Shown here: positions 9,211 through 19,062 of the stretch, in pieces | How positions within the stretch are numbered: position 1 is the first letter of the stretch | Layout of the letters: every line of letters starts with the position of its first letter | IMG/VR virus record: IMGVR_UViG_3300028629_000024 | Span: 1-38,069 of that record | Source of the DNA: a virus | Taxonomy: Duplodnaviria > Caudoviricetes | DNA length: 38,069 nucleotides | Direction: 5' to 3' (one strand) | Position numbers and translations under genes: made by a program | The notes under the pieces: model-generated | Told to the model about the DNA's origin: nothing | Database searches by the model: none | Seen by the model: the letters and a program-made list of their open reading frames with translations, nothing else

Positions 9211-9552
9211 TTACATCTGTCTGGTTGCCTTGTCCAAAACGGAATGCGGGGAAGAAGTTTTTTCTCCCCCTTTGGATCGAAAAAAGCATCTATAAAAATA
9301 AATAGATATCATACACATAACAGGAATAAGTGTATAGAAACAAATTCTTAGTGCAAACGAGACTATTTTTACGTTTTTTGGTTCAGTCATTCCTGCTAAA
9401 TATAATCCAAATGAAATTGTATATACAAATGAAATTATAAGCCAGCAAAGGAATGTCAAAGCATTTTTGTAACGATTTTTTTCTGTTATAGCTAGAAATG
9501 CAGATGATAGGATAAGAACCAAAAAAAGCGGAATACCGATAGTAAGATCCAT
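9211..9552 (-). CDS. membrane protein (about 3 TM helices)
   Basis: Hydrophobic helices; GGAGGAG RBS. Confidence 0.7.
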   Translation of the reverse strand: MDLTIGIPLFLVLILSSAFLAITEKNRYKNALTFLCWLIISFVYTISFGLYLAGMTEPKNVKIVSFALRICFYTLIPVMCMISIYFYRCFFRSKGGEKTSSPHSVLDKATRQM

Positions 9553-9648
9553 TTTCTCCTCCCATAAACTTTTAAAATGTATAATTCCTTCTTTCTTATT
9601 TCACTAATTAATATATATAGTTTTCAATACTAATCTGTATCTTTTTTT

Positions 9649-9664
9649 AGAACAAATTATAAAT
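9649..9664 (+). promoter_or_regulatory. candidate late promoter AGAACAAATTATAAAT (copy 1)
   Basis: Identical 16-mer at 27440-27455 and 32998-33013; all three are intergenic and upstream of virion genes. Confidence 0.8.
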
Positions 9665-9710
9665 TAATGTGTTCATCTTACGATAAATTATTTAAACATA
9701 TGGAGAATTT

Positions 9711-10199
9711 ATGCGGAATTTGGATAAGTACTTAGAACAAATTCAAAATAACGAATCCATATTTCCTATTGATTCATACCATACTGGCTTACCAGTTCAA
9801 AAAAGGATTAAGCCAACATATGTAGATGAAGAAGGAAATGTTATTCAACGACAAAAATTACTAGTAGATTTTGACGGAACTATCCACAAATACTCAAGAG
9901 GGTGGGCAGATGGGACTATTTATGATGGTCCATTTGAAGATGCTGCCAGAGCAATAAATGAGTTAAAAGATAGATACGAAATAATAATATTTTCTACCAG
10001 AGCTTCATGCAAAGAGAATTCTAATTGTCAGCAACAAATTACTAATATGAAACAATGGTTAGATAAATATGGAATTTATTATGATGATATTACTTCAGAA
10101 AAGATTGGTGCTTTTAGAATGATAGATGATTTAGCTATACCATTTAAAGGTAGTTGGGATGACGTGTTACAGGAAATCGACATAGCAGAAGAAGAATAA
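9711..10199 (+). CDS. HAD-superfamily phosphatase with N-terminal YLEQI leader
   Basis: LVDFDGTI (motif I), IFSTR (motif II), K...IDD (motifs III/IV); about 45-aa N-terminal extension. Confidence 0.8.
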   Translation: MRNLDKYLEQIQNNESIFPIDSYHTGLPVQKRIKPTYVDEEGNVIQRQKLLVDFDGTIHKYSRGWADGTIYDGPFEDAARAINELKDRYEIIIFSTRASCKENSNCQQQITNMKQWLDKYGIYYDDITSEKIGAFRMIDDLAIPFKGSWDDVLQEIDIAEEE

Positions 10200-10226
10200 C
10201 AAAAGTAATTTTGGAGGAAATTTGGA

Positions 10227-10940
10227 ATGAAAACTTCATTCAAGAATCTAACAAGCAACCTGTTAACTAGAAAATTTGGTGGAACTACTGTTGGGGTTGC
10301 AGATCCTTATGTAACTGGATATCATTTTATATGGTTTGATAGACTACCATCCGCTCTTGCTACATATACTAGGCAGGGACCAAGTGGTTTAGATAGCATT
10401 GGTGATATTCAAAAAATCCTTGCAGCTTCATGTCTTTCAGTTACTCCTCCTGGTGGAACTCTTGCTAAAGTCGAGTTTACAGGACTGGGTGGTATTAAAT
10501 GGGCAGTTCCTGGTAACATCGACTATGGTAACTCAGTTTCTGTAAAATTCTTGGAGTTCAGCAAGACCCCAATTCTTGACATTATGCATAGCTGGGTCAA
10601 GATGATTAGAGACTATAGAACAGGTGTTACTGAACTAGAGGATACAGATGAGGGTATCGGATACAGCAACAGGACTTATGCAGCAACTTTATTCTATTGG
10701 ACTACAGCTCCAGATGCAATGACAGTTGAATATTATGCTGCATATGATGGTGTATTCCCAACAAAAGATCCTCAAGATCTATTCTCAAGTGATGTTGAAA
10801 CAATTGGTAAATTGGATATTGAAATTGAGTTCAACTGTGATTATCCATGGCATGAACCTTGGGTTAAGAGTAAGATTGAAAATAACTACATTCCTGCTCT
10901 TATTGCTTCAAGGGATACTGTTAATAGTTATTCTATCTAA
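10227..10940 (+). CDS. tail tube protein (T4 gp19-like)
   Basis: CLSVTPPG..., VPGNIDY...SVKFLE, W.KMI, YDGVFPT, EIEFNCDY pattern; structural-gene context. Confidence 0.7.
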   Translation: MKTSFKNLTSNLLTRKFGGTTVGVADPYVTGYHFIWFDRLPSALATYTRQGPSGLDSIGDIQKILAASCLSVTPPGGTLAKVEFTGLGGIKWAVPGNIDYGNSVSVKFLEFSKTPILDIMHSWVKMIRDYRTGVTELEDTDEGIGYSNRTYAATLFYWTTAPDAMTVEYYAAYDGVFPTKDPQDLFSSDVETIGKLDIEIEFNCDYPWHEPWVKSKIENNYIPALIASRDTVNSYSI

Positions 10941-10952
10941 GGAGACAAATAT

Positions 10953-11399
10953 ATGAAGGAATTAAGATGGTTAGCTGAGTATGTTGTAGAATTCTCAGAT
11001 ATGTCTGATTTTGCAAAAGAGATTGCTCTTGACTTTATTTCAGAGGCAGATGAAACACAACTAAAAGTTCTTTTAATGGATGGAATGTTAGTGTTAGATG
11101 CCGATAAAAAATTGGTTGAGAGCGAGTTTAAAAAATCCAATCTTCCAGTACTATTAGAGTATGAAACATCTGGAAGAAAAACTGCAATGTCTGTTGCTGG
11201 ATTAACTATTGGTCTTGGACCTGTTTGGTGGGCAGTATATCGTGCAATTAGATCTGCATTTGATAAATGTACAGAGAAGTGTGGTACATTCAAAATCAAT
11301 AACCGAGAAAGACAAGTATGTATGCAAAAATGTAAAGAGGAGAGAGATAAAAAAATAGCAAATTTAAAAGCCAAAGCTAAGATGAGTAAAAAGAAATAG
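10953..11399 (+). CDS. putative virion protein: acidic N-half, hydrophobic helix, paired Cys
   Basis: LLE, then VAGLTIGLGPVWWAVYR, CTEKC...CMQKC and a basic tail. Confidence 0.6.
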   Translation: MKELRWLAEYVVEFSDMSDFAKEIALDFISEADETQLKVLLMDGMLVLDADKKLVESEFKKSNLPVLLEYETSGRKTAMSVAGLTIGLGPVWWAVYRAIRSAFDKCTEKCGTFKINNRERQVCMQKCKEERDKKIANLKAKAKMSKKK

Positions 11400-11433
11400 C
11401 TATTAAAACAAGAAATAGAAAGGAGATATATCA

Positions 11434-12225
11434 ATGTTCAAAGGTTTTAATCTTAAGTATCCTGAGTACGAAGTCATAACACCACAAACAAAATTGTCAT
11501 TTACTGTTAGATCCTTGAATGTTCAAGAGGAAGAAAGACTAAAAGGGAGTCTTCTCACACCTCAAAAAATTACTGAGCACTTAAATAAGTGTTTATATGA
11601 ATCTCTGGTTACCAAACCAGAAGTTATTAAAGATTTTAAAACATTCCTTGAAAATGTTACTCTGAAAGATAGGGATGCTCTTTTATATGGTCTCTACCAT
11701 ATTACATACGAAGAAATTAGAAATTATGACATTAAGTGTGGAAACTGTAGAAAAGATTATCCTGTTACAGTAAAAGCTTCAAGTACATTTAATGCTAATC
11801 CTTATCCAGAAGAAGATGATATAAGAAAGAAGAAGATTTTGATTAATCTTCCTGTTTCAAAAGGTGTTAAAGCATATTTGAAACAACCTGTTCTTCTTGA
11901 TGAAGTTGAAGCAATAAAGAATCTTTCTGCTGCTCCAGGTCTCACTATTGATAATATTGTTGAAACACTTATTATTGATAGATTTGAACAGGATGTTGAA
12001 GCAGCAGTTGAGCCTGTTGTCTGGACAGATAGAAATGATATTATTGATGCATATAGAAGTCTTCCAGCAAAAGATAAAAGATCTATTTACGAAAAATATA
12101 ATGAAGAATTTGGTAAATATAATATCGAGTTAAAAATGAAAACATTTTGTATTCATTGTGGAAATGAAGAGACAATTAATATTGATCTAGTCGAAAACTT
12201 TTTTCGAATGGTATACAGTTCATGA
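11434..12225 (+). CDS. baseplate hub assembly / tail chaperone (T4 gp26-like)
   Basis: PEYEVITP..RSLNVQEE, CGNC and CIHC pairs, C-terminal NFF; next to the gp25-like gene. Confidence 0.75.
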   Translation: MFKGFNLKYPEYEVITPQTKLSFTVRSLNVQEEERLKGSLLTPQKITEHLNKCLYESLVTKPEVIKDFKTFLENVTLKDRDALLYGLYHITYEEIRNYDIKCGNCRKDYPVTVKASSTFNANPYPEEDDIRKKKILINLPVSKGVKAYLKQPVLLDEVEAIKNLSAAPGLTIDNIVETLIIDRFEQDVEAAVEPVVWTDRNDIIDAYRSLPAKDKRSIYEKYNEEFGKYNIELKMKTFCIHCGNEETINIDLVENFFRMVYSS

Positions 12226-12442
12226 GGATAAGATAGATCAATATCGAAAATCTCTGCAATTAAATATTTTTTCAGCAATAGAAATGCTAAGACAACAATA
12301 TGATACAGTTATGTTAATGCCAGTAAAAAGATTTTATGACATGTTAAAATGGAAATCAGAACTTGAAGAAGAAAGATCAAAATTAATGCAGGAAAAAGCA
12401 CAACAATTCCAAGCACAACAAAAACAAAAGAGTAAAAGATAA
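12206..12442 (+). CDS. small gp51-like ORF in +1 frame, probably reached by frameshift from the gp26-like gene
   Basis: Open frame 12191-12442 reads ...YRKSLQLNIFSAIEMLRQQYDTVMLMPVKRFYDMLKWKSELEEERSK...; its TAA overlaps the ATG of the next gene; no RBS-supported ATG. Confidence 0.65.
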   Translation, partial: EWYTVHEDKIDQYRKSLQLNIFSAIEMLRQQYDTVMLMPVKRFYDMLKWKSELEEERSKLMQEKAQQFQAQQKQKSKR

Positions 12443-12873
12443 TGGCAAATATTCTAGAAAGATTTAATAAATATTCTGTAGGAACCAGCAATGCTGATGC
12501 AGATTATACATCAAAAATATCATCTAAAGGTGACTTTACTAGAATAGAAGGTCTTAAAGCCATTTTAAATTCTTGGAATAACATTCTTCTTACTCCTTTG
12601 AGATCTGTAGATAATGATCCAGAATATGGATGTGAATTGTATAAATATGTTTTTGCTCCACAAGATGAAGTTACCAGAGATCTTATTAAAAGAGAAGTAT
12701 ATCAAAGATTATTTTACTATGATGACAGAGCAAATATTCAAGATGTCCAAGTTGGTTATTTAAAAGATAGAAAAGGATTTTACTTAAATATCTTTATTAA
12801 CTATAAGGGACAAAAAGATAATCTTCAAGTTTTTATTGATGAAAATAAATACTTCAATGCTGTTCAGTCATAA
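12442..12873 (+). CDS. baseplate wedge subunit (gp25/GpW-like)
   Basis: NSWNNILLTPLRS..DPEYGCELYKYVF..YDDRA pattern. Confidence 0.85.
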   Translation: MANILERFNKYSVGTSNADADYTSKISSKGDFTRIEGLKAILNSWNNILLTPLRSVDNDPEYGCELYKYVFAPQDEVTRDLIKREVYQRLFYYDDRANIQDVQVGYLKDRKGFYLNIFINYKGQKDNLQVFIDENKYFNAVQS

Positions 12874-12883
12874 GGGATAAAAA

Positions 12884-13381
12884 ATGGATTTATACTATTC
12901 TGTTCTTAAACATTATAAAGGATTGTTTAAGAAGAGGCATGTTCGAAATACACACACATTAATGGTTCCTATAAGTCAAACACATAGTTTATATTTAGTT
13001 TTAGTTGGAAGATCAACTGAAGATGATACGATTTTTTATGCTCAATTAGTTAAAAAAATTCCAAACGATATTGTTGAAGACTTGCTAAATGCAGAAATTG
13101 ATTATTTTGAAGAAAGATTCTCTGTATTAGAAAAAATTTCTTGTTCTGCATCTAAAATGAATGATATTTATATTACTAAAATTAATAACAAAGGAAAATA
13201 TATAAAATCAAATATTTTAACAACATTTAATGAAGAAGAGAGTACAAATAAAAGAAGAATATATGTAATAAAAGCAAAAATAGATTTAGAATTAACTGAT
13301 GCAATAACACCTGAGAATTTAGGAATGGTAGCAGCAAAGATAATGGCAAAATTTGGAGATTTGGATAGAATAAAGGTTTAA
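12884..13381 (+). CDS. hypothetical protein
   Basis: ORF track; AAGGGA RBS. Confidence 0.7.
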   Translation: MDLYYSVLKHYKGLFKKRHVRNTHTLMVPISQTHSLYLVLVGRSTEDDTIFYAQLVKKIPNDIVEDLLNAEIDYFEERFSVLEKISCSASKMNDIYITKINNKGKYIKSNILTTFNEEESTNKRRIYVIKAKIDLELTDAITPENLGMVAAKIMAKFGDLDRIKV

Positions 13382-13405
13382 AAAGAACAGGAGGATTAAA
13401 ATAAC

Positions 13406-14062
13406 ATGTTAGACAAAAAGTTAGTTGAATCAGCATGCAAGAAAATGATACTAACGGCTGTAATGGAAAGTGAAACTCTTTCTAAAAAACTTTCACTAGA
13501 AGAACACACCAAGCTATGTGAGAAAGTTCTTGAAATGAAGTATAGCGAAGTTCTTCCTTTGGTTTTTGGTGGTGATCCACTCCCAACAAATGAAGCAGAA
13601 GGAATGAGAGATTATGAAAGTAAATTTAAAAGAGCCGTGAAGTATGGTGTTGCTGGTGGAGCTGGTAGTTATGCTACTAGAAAAGCTGTTGGGAAAGCAA
13701 CAGGTAAAAGCCTTACAGGACTAAAAGGTGTTGCACATCCAATTACTAAAACAAAATGGGGAGTAATTGGTTCTGGTCTTGGTATGGCAGCATATTATCT
13801 ATACAGAAAACTCTCTGATCCTTGTAGAGCAAAAGCTGCTCTATCAACAGGAACAGCTGGTGAAAAAGCTACTATTAAACATCAATGTCAAGCTGAAGCA
13901 TCAAAGAGAGTTATTTCGCAACTGAATTCTCAATTATCTAAATGTGATAATACCAAAAATCCAGAAAAGTGTAAGAAGGGAATTCAGAAAGAACTTGGTG
14001 TTTGGAAGAAGAGACTTCAGAATGAGTTAATTAGCCTTGCAAAAGCAAAACGCCAGGCATAA
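13406..14062 (+). CDS. putative virion protein, hydrophobic helix + Cx8C family
   Basis: GVIGSGLGMAAYYLYRK...KCDNTKNPEKC; GGAGG RBS. Confidence 0.65.
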   Translation: MLDKKLVESACKKMILTAVMESETLSKKLSLEEHTKLCEKVLEMKYSEVLPLVFGGDPLPTNEAEGMRDYESKFKRAVKYGVAGGAGSYATRKAVGKATGKSLTGLKGVAHPITKTKWGVIGSGLGMAAYYLYRKLSDPCRAKAALSTGTAGEKATIKHQCQAEASKRVISQLNSQLSKCDNTKNPEKCKKGIQKELGVWKKRLQNELISLAKAKRQA

Positions 14063-14068
14063 TTAAAC

Positions 14069-14338
14069 ATGAAATTATTATCTTCTTATCTAAAATTTCT
14101 TTCTAATACTAACCAACTGTTATCCGAACAAGAAGAACAATTAGCTAGAAGATTAGCAAAATACATTATGTTAATGGCAGATGACGTTCTACTATTACTT
14201 AGTAAAAAAAGAGCTGTCATTAAACAGTATGGTCAAAACTCTGAGATAGTTAAAAAAATATCAGATGAGATTGAAGATAAGAAAAAGAAAATAGAAAAAG
14301 CAAAACAAAAACTAAAACTCTTAAAGGCAAAGAAATAA
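14069..14338 (+). CDS. small basic protein with YLxxL leader
   Basis: MKLLSSYLKFL...LLSE, Lys-rich coiled coil. Confidence 0.6.
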   Translation: MKLLSSYLKFLSNTNQLLSEQEEQLARRLAKYIMLMADDVLLLLSKKRAVIKQYGQNSEIVKKISDEIEDKKKKIEKAKQKLKLLKAKK

Positions 14339-14986
14339 ATGCAATTATATGGAAGATTGTATGAGTACATAAATGAGTATTGGAAACTAATACATGATAC
14401 TTATGCTGTCCATGCAATTCCATTTTTAGTAAGTTATTACCATATTAATAAACAAGCAACAATTTGGGATAAGACATACATGATGGGTGGTTCATATGAG
14501 AAATTTGGTGAACTAACTGGAATGAAATGGGATAAATATTTACTACTCCCTGTATTTTATGTTGAAGAAACATTTACAATTTTTGATGCCCAAGAAATTG
14601 GATATGTAAACGAAGGTGAATCTGGTTTAGTAGTTCCTTCGAATTATGGTTTTATCCCTTTAGCAAATGATATGGTTAAATTTAATGTTGATTATTTAAG
14701 TAATAGGTTACCAGATCCAAGTAGTATATTTGCTGTTACTGGTTTACAACATCATCCTGGTATGGATAAGTCATACTGGAAATTAAAATTATCTGTTGAG
14801 CAGTCAGCAAATACAGAAATTATTGATAGACAAGTTGAGAATACATATGTATTTTATGACTATGATAAGAAGATGCATACTGTTCATGATTCAGCATCAA
14901 TGACAAAAATGTTATCTAAACACAATACTTTGAAAGGAAGACTAAAAAATCTTTTCGATCAGAACTCTGGTTTTTATTTTGTCTAA
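14339..14986 (+). CDS. hypothetical virion structural protein (possibly neck/head-closure-like)
   Basis: Context and beta-rich composition only. Confidence 0.45.
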   Translation: MQLYGRLYEYINEYWKLIHDTYAVHAIPFLVSYYHINKQATIWDKTYMMGGSYEKFGELTGMKWDKYLLLPVFYVEETFTIFDAQEIGYVNEGESGLVVPSNYGFIPLANDMVKFNVDYLSNRLPDPSSIFAVTGLQHHPGMDKSYWKLKLSVEQSANTEIIDRQVENTYVFYDYDKKMHTVHDSASMTKMLSKHNTLKGRLKNLFDQNSGFYFV

Positions 14987-15000
14987 AGGGAGTCGACTAA

Positions 15001-17481
15001 ATGGCAAATAGCACAATGTCTGACCAAATCTATCTATCCAGAGATCAGGTCAGAAACCAAATTGTAGAGTTTGCAAAATACTATTTAGAGTTAGAAAATA
15101 TAGTATTAGCTAAATCTTCATTTTTATCATTTGTAATTAGTACATTATCAACACTGACTTCAAATCTCCTGTTCTATGAAACTTCAGTATATAGAGAGTT
15201 CTTTTTAACTACAGCTCAGCTTCCAGAATCAGTTCTAAATCTCTCAGCATTTTTGGGTTATAATACTAAAGAAGCTGAGTATGCGACAGTCAATGTTTTG
15301 ATGACTATTCCATTTGGATTTGAAGATTCTCATGCTACTTTTACTATTCCAGAGGCTTTTAAATTTTATGGTGGAGATGTTACATTTCAAACATATTATA
15401 AAGCAGATGTAAATGTATACAATAATTCATATGTAACTCTAGTTATTACAGAAGGAAACAAGGTTTATTCTCTTCCTGTAAACATAGACACTACATCATC
15501 AACACCTGTATTTGAGTTTGTACTTCCTTTGAGGCAATATAAAAAGGTTATTCAAGAATTTCAGATTGATAGCGATCTTCAAATTTATCAATTTACTACA
15601 ATTGATGTTCCTCTATCAGGAAAAGTCTCAGAAATGTTTGTTGAAGTTAAAGACCCAGATGGTACGTCGTGGAGATTATATACTGAATTTCAAAGTTTAT
15701 ATTTAATGACGTCTACAGATTATGGATACGTTTCTCGGAGAACCTCTTTTGGAAGAAGGTTATACTTTGGTAATGGATTAATTGGTGTTCAACCACTTCC
15801 TGGATCTACTGTCAGAGTTACAGTATATGAAACAGAGGGAGCTGACGGAAATGTAATAGCTGGATCAATTGTATCTGGTGATAGAATTTATACTACAACA
15901 TTAGCTGGATATACTAGAATTCTTAGTTATTCTGTTGTTAATACATCTGATGCTTTTGGAGGAGAAGACGAAGAATCAATAGAAGAAGTCAGATCCAATG
16001 CAATAGCAAGTTTGACAGCTCTTGGTCGTTTGGTTTCAGAAACAGACTACAAAGCAGCTAGTGTCGTAATTCCTGATTCTCCATTAGCAGCATCATCAAT
16101 TCCTGTTTTGAAAAGATCTGATGTAAAAGTTAACGAAGTTCAGTTATTTACATCTATTATTTTTAATAATGAAATAGTTCCAACAAGAAATGTAAAATTA
16201 GAAACAGATCCTTCAGTTTTATATATTCCAAGAGAAACAATAATTATAGATGATGGTGAACAATATTATACGGTATTTGACATAACTGTCGACCAATTAA
16301 ACAAGAGTGCATACTACTATTATATAATGTATGAAATTGAACAGATACCAACTCTTATTACAAGCTACGGAACAACATATGAGTTATATGCTACATTAGT
16401 AGTTGTTGGAAAAGTTGGAAGTACAGCATCAATATATTTATACTATTCATCAGATGAGATTGATTTTAATATTTGTGAATGTGAAATTACAATTTTACAA
16501 ACTAATCAAAAGTTTACAATGACAAATGATTTCGCAAATAAAAGATTTGTATATACATTTGATCCATATACATTGATTCCAGAGGGAGATTTAACATATT
16601 ATTTTACAATTTCTAGATCATCATCTCCGTTTGGTCAATATTCTGCAAAGTTTACATTTAGAAGATCATTGAAAGATTTTATGATATCAAATATGGAACT
16701 GGATTCCACAAGTGAAATTATATATGATATTCCATGTGTAAGAAAAAGTTATTACGATGATATAGACAAAAGAGACTTTGAAACCCAGGTGTTACAAAAA
16801 TTAGTTGAGACTATGACATTTTATAACTATAGAATGTTAACAGATTTTACTAATCTAAAGTTTATTAATACTTGGGGAACAATGGAAAACATGCAACACA
16901 ACGAAGTTACTAAACTTCCCGTAATTGATATTCAATGTAATCCACCATTAATAGGTGATTCCGGTGATAGATATATTGTAGCAAATGACCCAGTAGTTGG
17001 TAGTACTTGGGAAGGACATAATAATCAGTTTGCAACAATAAGTGATTCAACATCAATGGTATGGTCATTCATAGATCCATCAAGTAATGATATTGTATAT
17101 ATAGAAAATCAAGATAAAAAATATATTTACAATGGATCTAAATGGGTATATCCAGTATATCAAATTCCATTAAATTTAGAAATTGAAATTTTTAAATCTA
17201 CCACGTATTCAGGATCAGACGTTGATTTAGCCAACACAGTAAAGAGTGTTGTGTATAGTGTATTTTCACAATTCTTTGGTGCAAATGCTCCACTATATAG
17301 ATCAGAATTACTTGGTGTTATTCAGTCAATTGATGGTGTTTCATATTGTAGCTTAATCAAACCTGAGTCAGATATTTTCTTTAATTTTGATCTAGATACA
17401 TTTACTCAAGATCAACTCTTAGTTTATGGACCAGAATATTTATACTTCTCAGAAAATAACATTTCGGTGAGGGTAATTTAA
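15001..17481 (+). CDS. baseplate wedge subunit (T4 gp6-like)
   Basis: EFFLTTAQLPESV..LGY, LYFGNGLIGVQP, GGEDEESIEEVR..RLVSETDY, IQSIDGV. Confidence 0.88.
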   Translation: MANSTMSDQIYLSRDQVRNQIVEFAKYYLELENIVLAKSSFLSFVISTLSTLTSNLLFYETSVYREFFLTTAQLPESVLNLSAFLGYNTKEAEYATVNVLMTIPFGFEDSHATFTIPEAFKFYGGDVTFQTYYKADVNVYNNSYVTLVITEGNKVYSLPVNIDTTSSTPVFEFVLPLRQYKKVIQEFQIDSDLQIYQFTTIDVPLSGKVSEMFVEVKDPDGTSWRLYTEFQSLYLMTSTDYGYVSRRTSFGRRLYFGNGLIGVQPLPGSTVRVTVYETEGADGNVIAGSIVSGDRIYTTTLAGYTRILSYSVVNTSDAFGGEDEESIEEVRSNAIASLTALGRLVSETDYKAASVVIPDSPLAASSIPVLKRSDVKVNEVQLFTSIIFNNEIVPTRNVKLETDPSVLYIPRETIIIDDGEQYYTVFDITVDQLNKSAYYYYIMYEIEQIPTLITSYGTTYELYATLVVVGKVGSTASIYLYYSSDEIDFNICECEITILQTNQKFTMTNDFANKRFVYTFDPYTLIPEGDLTYYFTISRSSSPFGQYSAKFTFRRSLKDFMISNMELDSTSEIIYDIPCVRKSYYDDIDKRDFETQVLQKLVETMTFYNYRMLTDFTNLKFINTWGTMENMQHNEVTKLPVIDIQCNPPLIGDSGDRYIVANDPVVGSTWEGHNNQFATISDSTSMVWSFIDPSSNDIVYIENQDKKYIYNGSKWVYPVYQIPLNLEIEIFKSTTYSGSDVDLANTVKSVVYSVFSQFFGANAPLYRSELLGVIQSIDGVSYCSLIKPESDIFFNFDLDTFTQDQLLVYGPEYLYFSENNISVRVI

Positions 17482-17888
17482 TGAATAAAATAACAGAATC
17501 TTATTTGGAATATATTAACGAAACACAAATACCACAACAATTGATAACTGTAGCACTATCACTCGGAATTCTTTATTATATAAGAAAACAAGATGCTAAG
17601 TTGGGAGCATGTTTTAAACAAGTAGATATGTTACGAAAAAGTGGAAAAGTTGATAAAGGTTTTAATAATAGAAGGATAGCTATTTTTACATGTAGAATTA
17701 AGTTTTGTGAAAATATTTTACAAACTCTCAGATCTAATAGGAACAAATGTGAAAATTCTCCAGATAAAGATAGATGTTATAGAAGTGTTGATAATGAAAT
17801 TTATAAATTTCAAAAGTTACTTGATAGATATACAAAGTCCAGAAAAAAAGTTCAAGATAATAAGTTCAGTCTTGTACGATACTATTGA
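17481..17888 (+). CDS. putative virion protein, YLEYINE leader + hydrophobic helix + Cx8C
   Basis: SYLEYINE, LITVALSLGILYYIRK, KCENSPDKDRC; TAATG coupling. Confidence 0.65.
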   Translation: MNKITESYLEYINETQIPQQLITVALSLGILYYIRKQDAKLGACFKQVDMLRKSGKVDKGFNNRRIAIFTCRIKFCENILQTLRSNRNKCENSPDKDRCYRSVDNEIYKFQKLLDRYTKSRKKVQDNKFSLVRYY

Positions 17889-17953
17889 GGAATCAGATAA
17901 TACCGACGAGGGTGTTAAGGTGTTTAGCGATAATGATGTGGAAGGATAGTGTA

Positions 17954-19060
17954 ATGAAAGAATTATTAGAAAAGAGTAAAGTTGATAAAACTAGATTAAA
18001 GTCTTATATTACTCAAAGAGTTGCATATGAATTGTCAGCATTATCCGAACCTTGTTATTATCCATCTCTTAAAAAAGACTTTTTTGAAATGCTTGCGATG
18101 TGTGGTTTAACTGAAAGAGATGTTAAAAGTCATGTAAAGAAATTCTATGCTGGAACAAAAGCAGCAGGATTTTTATTACAACAAGATCCACAAAGAAACT
18201 TTCTTATCTTTATGATGCATTATTTTATACATCAAAGAGATACTGCATCATTTATTACAACAATGGTATATACTACAGTTAGAGAATATACTAACTATAT
18301 GAGTAGTAATCTTCCATATTGTAACCCAGCAATCTTTTCAGCATCTCTCGACAGGATTGCAAGAACACATTTATTTGCAAGAGAGAAGACAGTTCCAAAT
18401 GCTCTATATTATTTAGCACAGGAATTGACAAAAAGATACTCAACAATTATAGCTGAAGCTACACCAGATGGAATTGCAAAATTTATTACTGAGTCAAGAC
18501 ATAGAGTTGCTCAAAGTGTCAGGGGATTTTTAAGAACTTACTATGACTTAAGTAAGTCTGGTATTGGATATAAATCACCACAAGAAACTGAAACTGGTGA
18601 GGAATATCAATACGATTCAATGGAAAAAGGTGAAAGATTAGTAAGTGAGATTACAAAGAAAATTACTGTTTATAGAGAAATAGATAGAAAGGCAATTGAA
18701 GATTCAAGGGCTTTAACAAAAATAAGCACATCTCTTGCAACTCTTCTTATTAATGAACTAAGTGATGTAAAATATTCAGATAATGTTAGAAGCATTTTGT
18801 TATTTTTTATTAAGGATTTAAAGAATGTTAAATCAATTTGTGGAAGTGCATATTTTACATATGTAAGAGATTTAATGGCAACTAAAAGAACAAATAAAAC
18901 TATTTATTTCAAACAACAAGTTGGTGAGCTATTAGAAAAACTTCTTGACGAAATAGGATATAAGAATAGATTTAACAAGTTAAGTTCACAAACACAATTC
19001 TTAATCAGTCTTTTTCTCGCCTATTATATAACAATGGTAATGAGAAATTCCATTTGTTAA
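17954..19060 (+). CDS. hypothetical helical protein
   Basis: Long ORF; start moved to ATG 17954 after AAGGA. Confidence 0.75.
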   Translation: MKELLEKSKVDKTRLKSYITQRVAYELSALSEPCYYPSLKKDFFEMLAMCGLTERDVKSHVKKFYAGTKAAGFLLQQDPQRNFLIFMMHYFIHQRDTASFITTMVYTTVREYTNYMSSNLPYCNPAIFSASLDRIARTHLFAREKTVPNALYYLAQELTKRYSTIIAEATPDGIAKFITESRHRVAQSVRGFLRTYYDLSKSGIGYKSPQETETGEEYQYDSMEKGERLVSEITKKITVYREIDRKAIEDSRALTKISTSLATLLINELSDVKYSDNVRSILLFFIKDLKNVKSICGSAYFTYVRDLMATKRTNKTIYFKQQVGELLEKLLDEIGYKNRFNKLSSQTQFLISLFLAYYITMVMRNSIC

Positions 19061-19062
19061 TC

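Noticed and set aside
9731-9743. Partial late-motif match TTAGAACAAATT
   Set aside because: Lies inside a CDS (encodes LEQI) and lacks the TATAAAT half.
17707-17949. 80-aa alternate-frame ORF with an acidic tail filling the 17889-17953 gap
   Set aside because: Mostly overlaps 17481-17888, with no RBS or clear slip site; may be a relic but is unsupported.
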